Of a DNA stretch of 64,000 nt, positions 55,137-64,000 are shown in pieces; position 1 is the first letter of the stretch, and every line of letters begins with the position of its first letter. This DNA is from Anaerolineales bacterium (GTDB lineage: Bacteria > Chloroflexota > Anaerolineae > Anaerolineales > UBA11579): NCBI GenBank assembly GCA_020059485.1, contig JAGVCA010000036.1, positions 6,909 to 70,908 on the forward strand. Direction: 5' to 3'. The position numbers and the translations under genes are program-made. The notes under the pieces were generated by a model, which ran no database searches, had not been told where the DNA came from, and was given only the letters and a program-made list of their open reading frames with translations.

Positions 55137-55553
55137 TCAATCTAACTTCTTTTGCAGCGTCAGCACATTGCCCGCCCCGGAATGCTCATAAGCAACCGAA
55201 TCCATCGTCTGAAAGATCAGGTGCCAGCCCAATCCGCCAGCCCGGCGATCCTCCAGCGGACCATCCAGGTCGGGTGCCGGCGTCTGGTCGGGAGAAAAGA
55301 CCTGACCGAAATCCGTGATCTGCACGGTCACCCGGTCCGGCCAGAACTGCAGCGCCAGGATGATTGATCCGGGGGGCATCCCCTTGTATCCGTGCATGAC
55401 GACATTGCTGCAGACCTCATCCACCGCCAGTTTCAGATCAAAGACCACCTCCTCCGGGATGCCAAACCGGCTGCATTCGTCCTCAATGAATGTCCGAAAA
55501 ATACCCAGGGCCTCCGGTTCAGCGGCGCAGGTGATCTCGACGGTATTTGCCAT
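55137..55553 (-). CDS. Anti-sigma factor / Ser kinase (RsbW-like)
   Basis: LAVDEVCSNVVMHGY, DFGQ.F.P, GGLGWHLI...MD. Confidence 0.9.
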   Translation of the reverse strand: MANTVEITCAAEPEALGIFRTFIEDECSRFGIPEEVVFDLKLAVDEVCSNVVMHGYKGMPPGSIILALQFWPDRVTVQITDFGQVFSPDQTPAPDLDGPLEDRRAGGLGWHLIFQTMDSVAYEHSGAGNVLTLQKKLD

Positions 55554-55609
55554 ACCCACTCCCGATAATGCGCTTCAGATCATCCGCTTGCCGACAGCCA
55601 GAGCGTTCA

Positions 55610-55957
55610 CTAAAACTGCAGGAAATACGACTCCGTTTCGGCATCATTGTAGAACACCAGCACCAGGATCCCCGCCACCATCGACAGGATATTGGCCCAC
55701 AGGAGGCTGGCGATCTCCAGCCCGGCCACCAGACGGATGTTGCGGGCCGGTTTGCCGGAGATCGTGTTCACCCCCGTGATTACCTCGTAAATGCCGATCC
55801 CGATCGGGATCAACAGCACGGGCAGGCAGATCAACCCGACGAAAAAAGTGCCAAAAATAATGGCGATCGCGATCCCGCTGCCGGTCAGGATGTTCAACAC
55901 CCCGCTGGCCAGCATCAGGATCCCAATGATCAGGACATTCCCTGGTTTCGGTTCCAT
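55610..55957 (-). CDS. Small membrane protein
   Basis: AAGGAG RBS; three hydrophobic helices. Confidence 0.7.
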   Translation of the reverse strand: MEPKPGNVLIIGILMLASGVLNILTGSGIAIAIIFGTFFVGLICLPVLLIPIGIGIYEVITGVNTISGKPARNIRLVAGLEIASLLWANILSMVAGILVLVFYNDAETESYFLQF

Positions 55958-56078
55958 TTACTCTCCTTGTTCCGCCTAGGCGGTCCTTGTGGACTTTTCT
56001 GATCCTATTTTACATGAAATCGCCGCTCTGTTCGTCAGTTGGACCAACCAAACGCCCCAAATCAATTAGAATTAAGGT

Positions 56079-57482
56079 ATGTCAATCCCACGCCGATGGA
56101 TCCTGATCGCTGTTGTCGCTTTGCTGCTTGCCGCGGTGATCGCCTCGTTGCTGCTGCTGCCGGAGGTGGAGGACTTTGCTCCTCAACCAGTCTCGGGCGG
56201 CCACGCCAATACCACCGCCTTTGAGATCACCTTCACCCGCCGCATGAACCGCGAGGATGTGGCCGACGCGCTGCAGATCATGCCTGAGATCGAAGGCAAA
56301 CTTATTTGGGAAGAGAATACCCTGATCTTCACCCCGATGGAGCGCTGGCCTGCCGGCGCGGAGGTCCAGGTCTCGCTGCCGGCCGGGGTCCGTTCGGTCA
56401 TTGGCTTGCCTCTGCTGCGCGCCGCCGGCTGGCGCTTCCAGATCACCCCCGTCCAGCTAGCCTACCTCTGGCCGGCCTCCGGCAGCAGCCAGCTCTACCT
56501 GCTTGACCCGGATTCCGGCGATACCCAGCAGCTGACTGCCGGCAGCCCGGTGCTGTCCTACGGTTTCTCTCCCGACGGTCTGACCGCATATTACTTTTCC
56601 GAGAACAGCCTGGGGGGATCAGACCTGTTCACCCTGCCGCGCTTTGAACCGGACGCGGAACCAGCCCGCCTGCTGACCTGTCAGCGGGCGATCTGCAATG
56701 CGCTGCAGGTCTCACCGGACGGCGAATGGCTGGCCTATACCCGCAACGACGCCGAGATCTGGCTGCTGCCCCTGCTCCAGCCTGGCGAAGCCCGCCAGGT
56801 CAGCACCGAAGACCAGATCTGCTACCAGCCGTTATGGTCAAACCGCGGCCTGCTGAGCTATTACAACGCTGACCGCCTGACGTACACGGTCGTCGATCCC
56901 AATGGCGGCGCTGAAGCCTCCTGGCCAAATGAGAATGGCGAGACGGCCGTCTGGTCTCCGGGTGGGTCGGCACTGGTCGCCCCGGATGCCTTCCTGGTCG
57001 AGACCGATATCCTACGCGGCCCATCCGGCGAGCGAGCCTTGCAGGAAGTGGATGAAGAAGAACTGGAACCGGTCCGGGTGCTTGCCAGCCGCTTGCAGGT
57101 CTACCAGTTTGGCAGCGCCGAAGTGATCAACCTGACCGAGGACCCCCTGGCCGAGGACTTCTCCCCGGCCTTCTCGCCGGATGGCACCATTCTGGCCTTT
57201 ACCCGCCGCTACCTGGATGACGAACGCTGGTCGCCCGGCCGGCAGATCTGGCTGATGTCGCTTCCCGGCGGAGTAGCCTCTCCGGTCCAGGTCCGCCCGC
57301 TGACCGATGCCCAGGATTATCTCTATACCCGCCTGGCCTGGCATCCCGACGGCCAATCGCTGGCCGCGGTACGCTTCAACGTCACCGTGCTGACCGACCC
57401 GCCGGAGATCTGGCTGCTGCCGCTGTCCGGTCAGGCCGTCCGCCTGGTGATCGGCGGTTTCCAACCGCAATGGGTGCCGTGA
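56079..57482 (+). CDS. Membrane-anchored Ig-like (Big_5) plus TolB-like beta-propeller protein
   Basis: ITFTRRMN...V...W.ENTLIFTP; repeated FSPDG/WSPGG/WHPDG motifs. Confidence 0.82.
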   Translation: MSIPRRWILIAVVALLLAAVIASLLLLPEVEDFAPQPVSGGHANTTAFEITFTRRMNREDVADALQIMPEIEGKLIWEENTLIFTPMERWPAGAEVQVSLPAGVRSVIGLPLLRAAGWRFQITPVQLAYLWPASGSSQLYLLDPDSGDTQQLTAGSPVLSYGFSPDGLTAYYFSENSLGGSDLFTLPRFEPDAEPARLLTCQRAICNALQVSPDGEWLAYTRNDAEIWLLPLLQPGEARQVSTEDQICYQPLWSNRGLLSYYNADRLTYTVVDPNGGAEASWPNENGETAVWSPGGSALVAPDAFLVETDILRGPSGERALQEVDEEELEPVRVLASRLQVYQFGSAEVINLTEDPLAEDFSPAFSPDGTILAFTRRYLDDERWSPGRQIWLMSLPGGVASPVQVRPLTDAQDYLYTRLAWHPDGQSLAAVRFNVTVLTDPPEIWLLPLSGQAVRLVIGGFQPQWVP

Positions 57483-57985
57483 TGAATACCGGTCAACCTG
57501 TGCCCGATCTCACCCTGTACGACCTCGCGGGCCGGCCTCACCACCTGAACGATTACCGCGGCCGGGTGGTGGTGCTGGTCTTTTGGTCGGCAGAGTGCCC
57601 GTGGTCGCGCCGGGCGGACGAAGCGCTGGCCGCCATGCAGGCGGAATGGCCCGCCGACCAGGTGACGGTGCTGTCAATTGCTTCGAATGCCAATGAGAAA
57701 TTAGAGGACATCCAGACCGCTGCCGCCGCCCGCCGGGTGACCCCCCTGATGCACGACCCCGGCCAGCGCGCCGCTCGCGCACTTGGCGCCACCATCACCC
57801 CGGAGGTCTTCGTGATCAACGCGGACGGCTGCCTGCGCTACCATGGCGCTTTCAATGATGCCACCTTCCGCCAGCCGGAACCGACCACCAACTACCTGTG
57901 GGAAGCGGTCGGTGCGCTGCTCTCCGGCGAGAACCCGGTCCCCGGGCATCATCCCCCATACGGATGCACGATCGTGTTTGGGTAA
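57482..57985 (+). CDS. Redoxin (AhpC/TSA) family thioredoxin-like protein
   Basis: PDLTL.DL.G, FWSAECPWS, GATITPEVFV, LRYHGA, YGCTI. Confidence 0.85.
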   Translation: MNTGQPVPDLTLYDLAGRPHHLNDYRGRVVVLVFWSAECPWSRRADEALAAMQAEWPADQVTVLSIASNANEKLEDIQTAAAARRVTPLMHDPGQRAARALGATITPEVFVINADGCLRYHGAFNDATFRQPEPTTNYLWEAVGALLSGENPVPGHHPPYGCTIVFG

Positions 57986-57988
57986 ACG

Positions 57989-59014
57989 CTACTTCACCGC
58001 GTTGATCAGGTCAGCCAGCAAGCCGTAGGCAGTCGTATCCGGGCTGGGATCAGCCTCGATCAGCGTCAGCGGCCCGAGCACATCGCTCTCGATCGTCACG
58101 ATCGAAGTCGTGCCCTCCACCGTGTACATCGCCGACGCCGGCCCGACCATCTGCGGCCCTACCTGCGCCCGCACGCTCTCCCCTTCCCGTTCTGCACTGC
58201 ATACCAGCTTCCAGCGTTTACCGGCCTCGGCGGCCTGGGCGATCCTCCCGGCATTGATCTCCCGGATCCCAGTCCGCTCGACCTGATCCGGGGTCAGTGG
58301 CACGCCCATCAGCACGGTCGCCAGCGCCGAGATCTTGATGGCCGCGTCCCAGCCGTCCACATCCCCGCTCGGGTCGGTCTCGGCGATCCCGATCGACTGG
58401 GCATACGCCACCGCCGCGTCAAAGCTCTCTCCCCGCTCCATCCGGCTCAGGATCAGGTTGGTGGTTGAGTTCAGCACCCCGCTGATCCGCTGCACCACCC
58501 CGGCCGGGACGGTTTCGCGCATCATCCCGAACACCGGCGCGCCGTCCATCACAGTCGACTCGAACAAAAAACGCACCCCGCGGCTGGTTGCCAGGTCGGT
58601 CAGTGCCCGGTAGCCATGCACCACCGGCCCCTTATTGGCGGTCACGGCATGCATCCCGGCCTTCAGCGCCGCCCGGATGTGGTCCAGCGCTGGCTGGCCG
58701 TCGGCATAGCTGACCGGGGTATTCTCCAGCAGCACTTCCGCCCCGCTGGCCTGGATGAAAGCCAGATTGTCCGGCGGCGCGGGGCGAGTCGAAAGCTTAT
58801 CCAATGGCTGATCTTGGGCGATGCAGTCCAGCGCGGCTTGCAGGTCGATCCCGGCCGGGTCGATCGCCCGTCCGCGGCTGCCAGTGGCAATCGCGGTGAC
58901 CGTAAACACCAGGCCGAGCTCATCCCGCAGCGTATCCGCTTTCCGCAGCAGCAGCCGGGCAAACGCCTGCCCGACATTCCCAAATCCCAATAATGCCAAG
59001 TGAGTTACTGTCAT
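57989..59014 (-). CDS. hom: Homoserine dehydrogenase
   Basis: GFGNVG, HAVTANKGP, FESTVMDG.P, GVLNSTTN.IL, AETDPSGDVDGWDAAIK. Confidence 0.92.
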   Translation of the reverse strand: MTVTHLALLGFGNVGQAFARLLLRKADTLRDELGLVFTVTAIATGSRGRAIDPAGIDLQAALDCIAQDQPLDKLSTRPAPPDNLAFIQASGAEVLLENTPVSYADGQPALDHIRAALKAGMHAVTANKGPVVHGYRALTDLATSRGVRFLFESTVMDGAPVFGMMRETVPAGVVQRISGVLNSTTNLILSRMERGESFDAAVAYAQSIGIAETDPSGDVDGWDAAIKISALATVLMGVPLTPDQVERTGIREINAGRIAQAAEAGKRWKLVCSAEREGESVRAQVGPQMVGPASAMYTVEGTTSIVTIESDVLGPLTLIEADPSPDTTAYGLLADLINAVK

Positions 59015-59032
59015 TGAAATTCTCCTCAATAT

Positions 59033-59764
59033 CTACACCGGCGGCCAGGGCGTCGCCGGCCAGTCTTCGCTCGGATACGGGAAAGCGTCTTCCTCCAGCA
59101 GTAAGTCGATTCGCCCGATCACTGCCGTGATCTCGCGCCGGTGCAGGTATTCGCTCAATTGCGTATGGGTGGGGGTCCCGGGCTGCAGCGTCTGGCGCAG
59201 GTCCGCCAGCTGCCCACACTCCTCCGGCGTCAGCGTCCGGCCGGCAAAGTCCCACACCACCGTCCGCAGCTTGGGCTGGACATGGAAGCACACCCCGTGA
59301 TCGATCAGCCACATCCGGTCGTCCTCGCCCACCAGCAGGTGGCCGCCCTTGCGGTCGGTATTGTTGATCACCACATCAAACAAAGCCGCGGCCCGGGTGC
59401 GGGCCCGGTCTTCCGGACTGAATTTAAAAAAGTGATACTCGGGGTCGTGCTCGATATACAACTGCAGCGATCCCGGCCCGGCTGGCCCCTCCTCCCGGAA
59501 GACCGTCGGCGGCACCATCCGCCAGCCGCCGGCCTCGCTCACCAGGAACGCCGCCACCTCGCGCCGGGCCAGCGACTCGCTGGGAAAATCCCACAGCGGA
59601 CGCTCGCCGCGCACCGGTTTATACACGGCCTGGAAAGAGCCGCCATTGTCGGTCACATCACAGAAAAAAGTGTAGTTTGACCCCCACATAAACTGGCCGG
59701 TCACCTGAATCTCGCCGTGTTCGAGCTGTTCCAGCAGCCCGGCCCGATCCGGATCGATCTTCAT
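59033..59764 (-). CDS. SCO1664-family PI3/4-kinase-like protein
   Basis: GSNYTF, VYKPVRGERPLWDFP..LARREVAA, FDVVINNTDRKGGH, IDHGVCF..KLRTVVW. Confidence 0.9.
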   Translation of the reverse strand: MKIDPDRAGLLEQLEHGEIQVTGQFMWGSNYTFFCDVTDNGGSFQAVYKPVRGERPLWDFPSESLARREVAAFLVSEAGGWRMVPPTVFREEGPAGPGSLQLYIEHDPEYHFFKFSPEDRARTRAAALFDVVINNTDRKGGHLLVGEDDRMWLIDHGVCFHVQPKLRTVVWDFAGRTLTPEECGQLADLRQTLQPGTPTHTQLSEYLHRREITAVIGRIDLLLEEDAFPYPSEDWPATPWPPV

Positions 59765-59783
59765 ACTCTGGTCCCCTTCGGGC

Positions 59784-60329
59784 TTAGGCCTTGTGTCCAT
59801 TCTTGCGGGAGCAGAAGTGCCCTTCCGGGTCCATCGGTTCGCCGCACTGCTCGCACAACGGGCGGCCGCGGCCGGCGATCTCCATCCCCCAACTGACCAG
59901 CGCGCGCGCCTGGGCGCGGGTGCACCACAGCTTGACGATCATCCCTTCCGGTGCCTCACCGGAACCTTCTTCCGGGGCGGGGACCTCCCGGGCGATCAAG
60001 CCGATCAGGTCTTTCTCAGCATCGAAGGACAGCCCAAACTCAGCCACCCGGAATAGCGGTTCGACCGGCGGCAGGATCCGCATCTGGTCTTCGTTAAAGT
60101 CAGCCGAAGCCTCCCGCAATAGCGGCAAGCGCTGACGGACCTCGCTCAGGAACTGCTCAATCCCGATCGACAGCGTCTGGAGCTGGAATTTCTCGATGAT
60201 CATCGTCACAACCTGATCGTCCTTGATCCCCTGCAGGTAAAAGACGCGCTTACCGGGCGGACCGATCGCATCAGCTGTGATATGGGTCACCGGGTTCAGT
60301 TCGATCTCTTGGTTCTCAAAGTCATCCAT
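59784..60329 (-). CDS. DUF3090 family protein
   Basis: AIGPPGKRVFYLQ, EKFQL, GRPLCEQCGEPMDPEGHFCSRKNGH. Confidence 0.9.
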   Translation of the reverse strand: MDDFENQEIELNPVTHITADAIGPPGKRVFYLQGIKDDQVVTMIIEKFQLQTLSIGIEQFLSEVRQRLPLLREASADFNEDQMRILPPVEPLFRVAEFGLSFDAEKDLIGLIAREVPAPEEGSGEAPEGMIVKLWCTRAQARALVSWGMEIAGRGRPLCEQCGEPMDPEGHFCSRKNGHKA

Positions 60330-60379
60330 TGGACTCTCGATTCATGGGGAAGGGCAGATAAAAGTATACCATTTCCGGG

Positions 60380-61006
60380 TCAGTTGTTCTTCTCATCCGG
60401 CAGGCGGTAAGGGATCGTGTTCAGGTTCAGCAGGCGGGCAAACCGCCCCGGCATCAAGTGGACAGAAGTCACCGATGCCGGTTCCACCACCAGCCGCTGG
60501 AACAGGTCCAGCGGCAGACCGAGATAGTACGCCGCCGCCAATTTGATCATATCGCTGTGCCCGACACACACCACCATCTCGTTCTTCTTGTGCATCTCCG
60601 CCAGGGTCTCCAGCTCAGTGGCGATCCGCAACTGTGCTTCAGCAAAGCTCTCTCCTCCGGGGAAGCGGGCATGTGACGGGGCTCCCTGCACAGTGCGCCA
60701 CAGTTTGCGGCGGGAGAGCTGCTTGAGGGTTTTGTCCTGCCACGAGCCGTAATCCACTTCCAGCAACCCGCCACGCGGGATCACTTCGAGCTTGAAGGCG
60801 GCCGCAATCGGGGCCGCGGTCTCCATCGTGCGGTCCAGAGGGCTGCTGTAGACCGCTTTGACCAAGTGATGGCGCAGCGCCTCGGCCAGCGCGGCTGCCT
60901 GGGCCTGGCCTTTGTCGTTCAGGTGAACACCCGGCTTGCGGCCGGCCAGCTTGCCTTTCCTGACATACTCATTTTCTCCATGACGGACCAGCAGGATCAC
61001 CGGCAT
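60380..61006 (-). CDS. Histidine phosphatase family protein (MSMEG_4193-like)
   Basis: LVRHG, LAGR.PGVHL, SSPL.RT.ETA, EVDYGSW, HSDMIK..A..LG.PLDLFQR. Confidence 0.9.
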   Translation of the reverse strand: MPVILLVRHGENEYVRKGKLAGRKPGVHLNDKGQAQAAALAEALRHHLVKAVYSSPLDRTMETAAPIAAAFKLEVIPRGGLLEVDYGSWQDKTLKQLSRRKLWRTVQGAPSHARFPGGESFAEAQLRIATELETLAEMHKKNEMVVCVGHSDMIKLAAAYYLGLPLDLFQRLVVEPASVTSVHLMPGRFARLLNLNTIPYRLPDEKNN

Positions 61007-61124
61007 TGCTTCACCTCATTCCTATGTGGATGAAATCATAAGGGTATCTCTGGATTTTACCAGCCTTTGAAAGCCGACTGGGCTATAATATCCATGTGAA
61101 AAAAAGCACAGAAAAGAGGTCTCC

Positions 61125-62873
61125 ATGAGAAAACCCCTGGTTACGATCCTGGTGTTAGCCGTCCTGCTGGTCGGCTGCGGCCCAGACCCGATCCCCGGAC
61201 AGGTGCCCGGCCCGACTTTCCCCCCGCCGACCGCCGCCCCGACCACCCCGGCGGCCGTCTCCCCAACCACAACCGAACCGGAACCATCCGCCTCGACCCT
61301 GTTGGTCGATCGCCAGGTCGATCCACCCGGTCTGCCGCAGGATGCCACCGAACTGGTCTCGGCCTCCGGCAACTGCAGCGCCTGCCACACCGGCCTGACC
61401 GGGTCGGCCGGCGAAGACCTCTCCTTTGACACCCTCTGGCGTTCCTCGATGATGGCCCACAGCGCCCGGGATCCCTATTGGCAGGCCACGGTCAGCACCG
61501 AGACAGTCGAGTTTCCCGAGCTGGCCGAAGTGATCGCCTCGAAGTGTGCCGGCTGCCACATGCCGCTGGCCAGCCTGGACGCACACGCCAACGGAATCAC
61601 GGTCCTGGTGCTGGAAGATGGCTTCCTCAATCCTGCCAACCCGCTGCACGACCTGGCGATGGACGGCGGTTCGTGCACCGGCTGCCACCAGATCCTGCCG
61701 GACAACCTCGGGCTGAAGACCTCATTCAGCGGCGGCTACCTGATCGACACCCTCAACCGCGGCTTTGGCGAGCGGGTCACTTACGGTCCGCTCCCAGTTA
61801 CCGAAGCCAACGCACAACTGATGCAGCAAGCCAGCGGCTACCTGCCGATCGAAGCTGCCCACAGCGCCGAGGCCGCCCTGTGCGGCACCTGCCACAACCT
61901 CTATACCCCCTTCCTGGACAGCGCCGGCGAGATCGCGGGCGAGTTCCCCGAGCAGATGGTCTACAGCGAGTGGCTGAACAGCGACTTTGCCCGCGGTTCG
62001 TGCACCGACTGCCATATGCCGCAGGTCGAGGATGTCCAGATCGCCACGGTCGCCGCCGAGCCGCAGGCCTACCTGCGCAAGCACACCTTCACCGGGGCGA
62101 ATGCCTTCATGCTCACACTACTGAACGACAACGCCGCTGACACCGGTATCACCGCCACCGATGAACAGATGGCTGCCGCCATCCAGCGCACCCAGGACCA
62201 ATTCTCCGTAAATGAAGACAACAGCCTGCAGATCCTGGAAGTGACCGAGATCGACGACCAGCTGGAAATCACCCTGCTGGTTAGCAATCCCAACGGCCAC
62301 AAACGCCCGACCAGCTTCCCCTCCCGCCGCATCTGGATCCACCTGCAGGTGACCGACCCGGCCGGCAACCTGGTGTTTGAATCCGGCGTGGTGGACGATA
62401 CCGGCATGATCGCCGGGAACGACAACGACCTCGACCCGGCACTGTTCGAGCCGCACTACGACCTGATCACCAGCCCTGACCAGGTGCAGATCTACGAGTC
62501 GATCATGGCCAACACCGAGGGAGAGGTCACCACCACCCTGCTCCGGGCAGCCGCCTACCTGAAGGACAACCGCCTGCTGCCGGCTGGCTTCCCGCTCGCT
62601 GATCCCGACCCGGACATTGCGGTCTATGGTGAAGCCTTGGCAGACCCCAATTTCCTGCCCGGCAGCGACACAGTCACCTACCAGATCGATATCAGCGAGT
62701 CTCCCGGTCCGTACACCGTTACCGCGACGCTGTACTACCAGTCAATCGGATATCGCTGGGCGGAAAACCTGCGCGGCTATCAGACCGAGCAAACCGCGGC
62801 TTTCTTCGGGTATTACGATGTTTCCGACCGGACCCCGATTGTTTTGGGGAGCATTGAACTTAACAAGGAGTGA
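61125..62873 (+). CDS. Multiheme (5 CxxCH) cytochrome c lipoprotein
   Basis: LLVGC lipobox, Pro/Thr linker, CSACH, CAGCH, CTGCH, CGTCH, CTDCH; SMMAHSARDP motif; C-terminal beta-sandwich. Confidence 0.9.
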   Translation: MRKPLVTILVLAVLLVGCGPDPIPGQVPGPTFPPPTAAPTTPAAVSPTTTEPEPSASTLLVDRQVDPPGLPQDATELVSASGNCSACHTGLTGSAGEDLSFDTLWRSSMMAHSARDPYWQATVSTETVEFPELAEVIASKCAGCHMPLASLDAHANGITVLVLEDGFLNPANPLHDLAMDGGSCTGCHQILPDNLGLKTSFSGGYLIDTLNRGFGERVTYGPLPVTEANAQLMQQASGYLPIEAAHSAEAALCGTCHNLYTPFLDSAGEIAGEFPEQMVYSEWLNSDFARGSCTDCHMPQVEDVQIATVAAEPQAYLRKHTFTGANAFMLTLLNDNAADTGITATDEQMAAAIQRTQDQFSVNEDNSLQILEVTEIDDQLEITLLVSNPNGHKRPTSFPSRRIWIHLQVTDPAGNLVFESGVVDDTGMIAGNDNDLDPALFEPHYDLITSPDQVQIYESIMANTEGEVTTTLLRAAAYLKDNRLLPAGFPLADPDPDIAVYGEALADPNFLPGSDTVTYQIDISESPGPYTVTATLYYQSIGYRWAENLRGYQTEQTAAFFGYYDVSDRTPIVLGSIELNKE

Positions 62874-62876
62874 TCG

Positions 62877-64000
62877 ATGACAGAGCTGCCAAGACAATAC
62901 CAACTCCGCCCCGCCGATCGGGAAACAGACCTGATGGCGATCTCCCGGATGGTCTCGAATGCCTTCGCTGGTGGCGTTGAAGTCGAAGAGATCAGCCAGA
63001 TGTACATCGGCAGCTGCCACTATGACTTTCCTGTTTCACAGTTAATCTGGGTGGACGATACACTCGCGCACCATTGGGGCGTGTGGGGGTACCCGATGCG
63101 GGTCGGCGCTGCGCAGTTGAGAGCCGCCGGTATCGGGGCGGTCGTCACCCTGGAAGCGCATCGCAAGCAGGGCCTGATGGCCGCGGCCGCTGAAGCCTCA
63201 TTCACCGCCATGCGGGAGGCCGGTTACGACATCAGCATCCTGCGCGGGCGGCACTACCACAAGTTTGGCTACCGGCGGGCCTGGAACTATGTCACCACCA
63301 AACTCAACCCGCAGCACACGCCTCCCGAAACAATCCCCGTTTTTCCGCTCAAGTCCCCCTACCGGGCGCTTGGTCCGGACGACATGGCCCAGATCAATGA
63401 CCGCTACAATCAGGAATATCGAGAGGTTACCGGGTCCTGCGTTCGCCCGACCTATGATATGTTGGCAGCGGGCGATATGGGCGCTTATGGCTGGTTCGAA
63501 GGGGATAGATTGGCCGGGTATGTGCGGGCCGTCCCCACGGAGGACAAGTCCGCCCTGCAGTGCCTGGAAGCGGCCGGCGACCCCGAACAAGGGCTGGCAG
63601 TGTTGGCCGACCGGATGACGGAAACTGGTTGCCAGCAATTGCATTTCTTCACCATGCCGGCCCGACACCCGATCCTGCAGATCGTTCGGCGCGGCGCCTG
63701 CACCGTCGAGGACCGCTACTTCCATCACACCGGCTGGCAGATCAAGCTCATTAACCTGCACAGCGCCCTGGTGAAACTTGTCCCACTATTCGAAGACCGG
63801 CTGGCGGCTTCCCACCTGGCTGGCTGGCGGGGAAAACTGCACCTGGATGCCGGAGACCAGGCCGCTTCGCTGGAAATTGAAAAAGGCACGGTCTCGGTTA
63901 CGACCGACCCGCCCGGTAAGCACGTCATCACTGCCGGCCCGGCCCTCGGACGGCTGCTGATCGGTTCAGAAGACCCGGATGAGATCATCCGCCAAGAGGA
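62877..64000 (+). CDS. Eis-like GNAT acetyltransferase (runs off window edge)
   Basis: Manual translation from ATG 62877 (AAGGAG RBS): ...AAGIGAVVTLEAHRKQGLM...AGYDISILRGRHYHKFGY...; open to the window end. Confidence 0.82.
   Translation, partial: MTELPRQYQLRPADRETDLMAISRMVSNAFAGGVEVEEISQMYIGSCHYDFPVSQLIWVDDTLAHHWGVWGYPMRVGAAQLRAAGIGAVVTLEAHRKQGLMAAAAEASFTAMREAGYDISILRGRHYHKFGYRRAWNYVTTKLNPQHTPPETIPVFPLKSPYRALGPDDMAQINDRYNQEYREVTGSCVRPTYDMLAAGDMGAYGWFEGDRLAGYVRAVPTEDKSALQCLEAAGDPEQGLAVLADRMTETGCQQLHFFTMPARHPILQIVRRGACTVEDRYFHHTGWQIKLINLHSALVKLVPLFEDRLAASHLAGWRGKLHLDAGDQAASLEIEKGTVSVTTDPPGKHVITAGPALGRLLIGSEDPDEIIRQE

Overview
A GC-rich bacterial chromosomal segment with about 62 CDSs. Gene content (lamin-tail and NBR1-Ig proteins, FGE-domain lipoproteins, a DUF4388/MglA-like GTPase pair, the SCO1664 trio) suggests Chloroflexota/Anaerolineae; this is an inference. 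Housekeeping genes include dnaX (partial), ppk2, trmO, glpD, mutY, pcm, queG and hom. I found no rRNA, tRNA, CRISPR array or intact transposase. Highlights: (1) a signalling locus at 34.8-50.1 kb combining DUF4388, an MglA/CvnD-like GTPase, an active and a Ser-to-Gly dead pair of paralogous alpha/beta hydrolases, a hexapeptide-repeat protein, an acyl-ACP-reductase-like enzyme, an ~8-GAF histidine kinase and two response regulators, split by a kimA-like transporter; (2) a membrane-anchored UxxC thioredoxin selenoprotein with a SECIS-like hairpin, split in two by the ORF track; (3) an unannotated 35-aa hydrophobic peptide gene with an attenuator-like hairpin in front of a membrane diguanylate cyclase; (4) two Cys-rich FGE-fold lipoproteins separated by a mosaic duplication scar; (5) an E. 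coli-type FadR with its cognate operator heading an alkyl-DHAP-synthase-like/glpD operon; (6) a terminator-containing leader (candidate ion riboswitch) upstream of kimA; (7) a dense multi-hairpin element beside a decayed AT-rich islet; (8) several apparently leaderless genes. All family assignments come from motif recognition by eye; no database searches were run.
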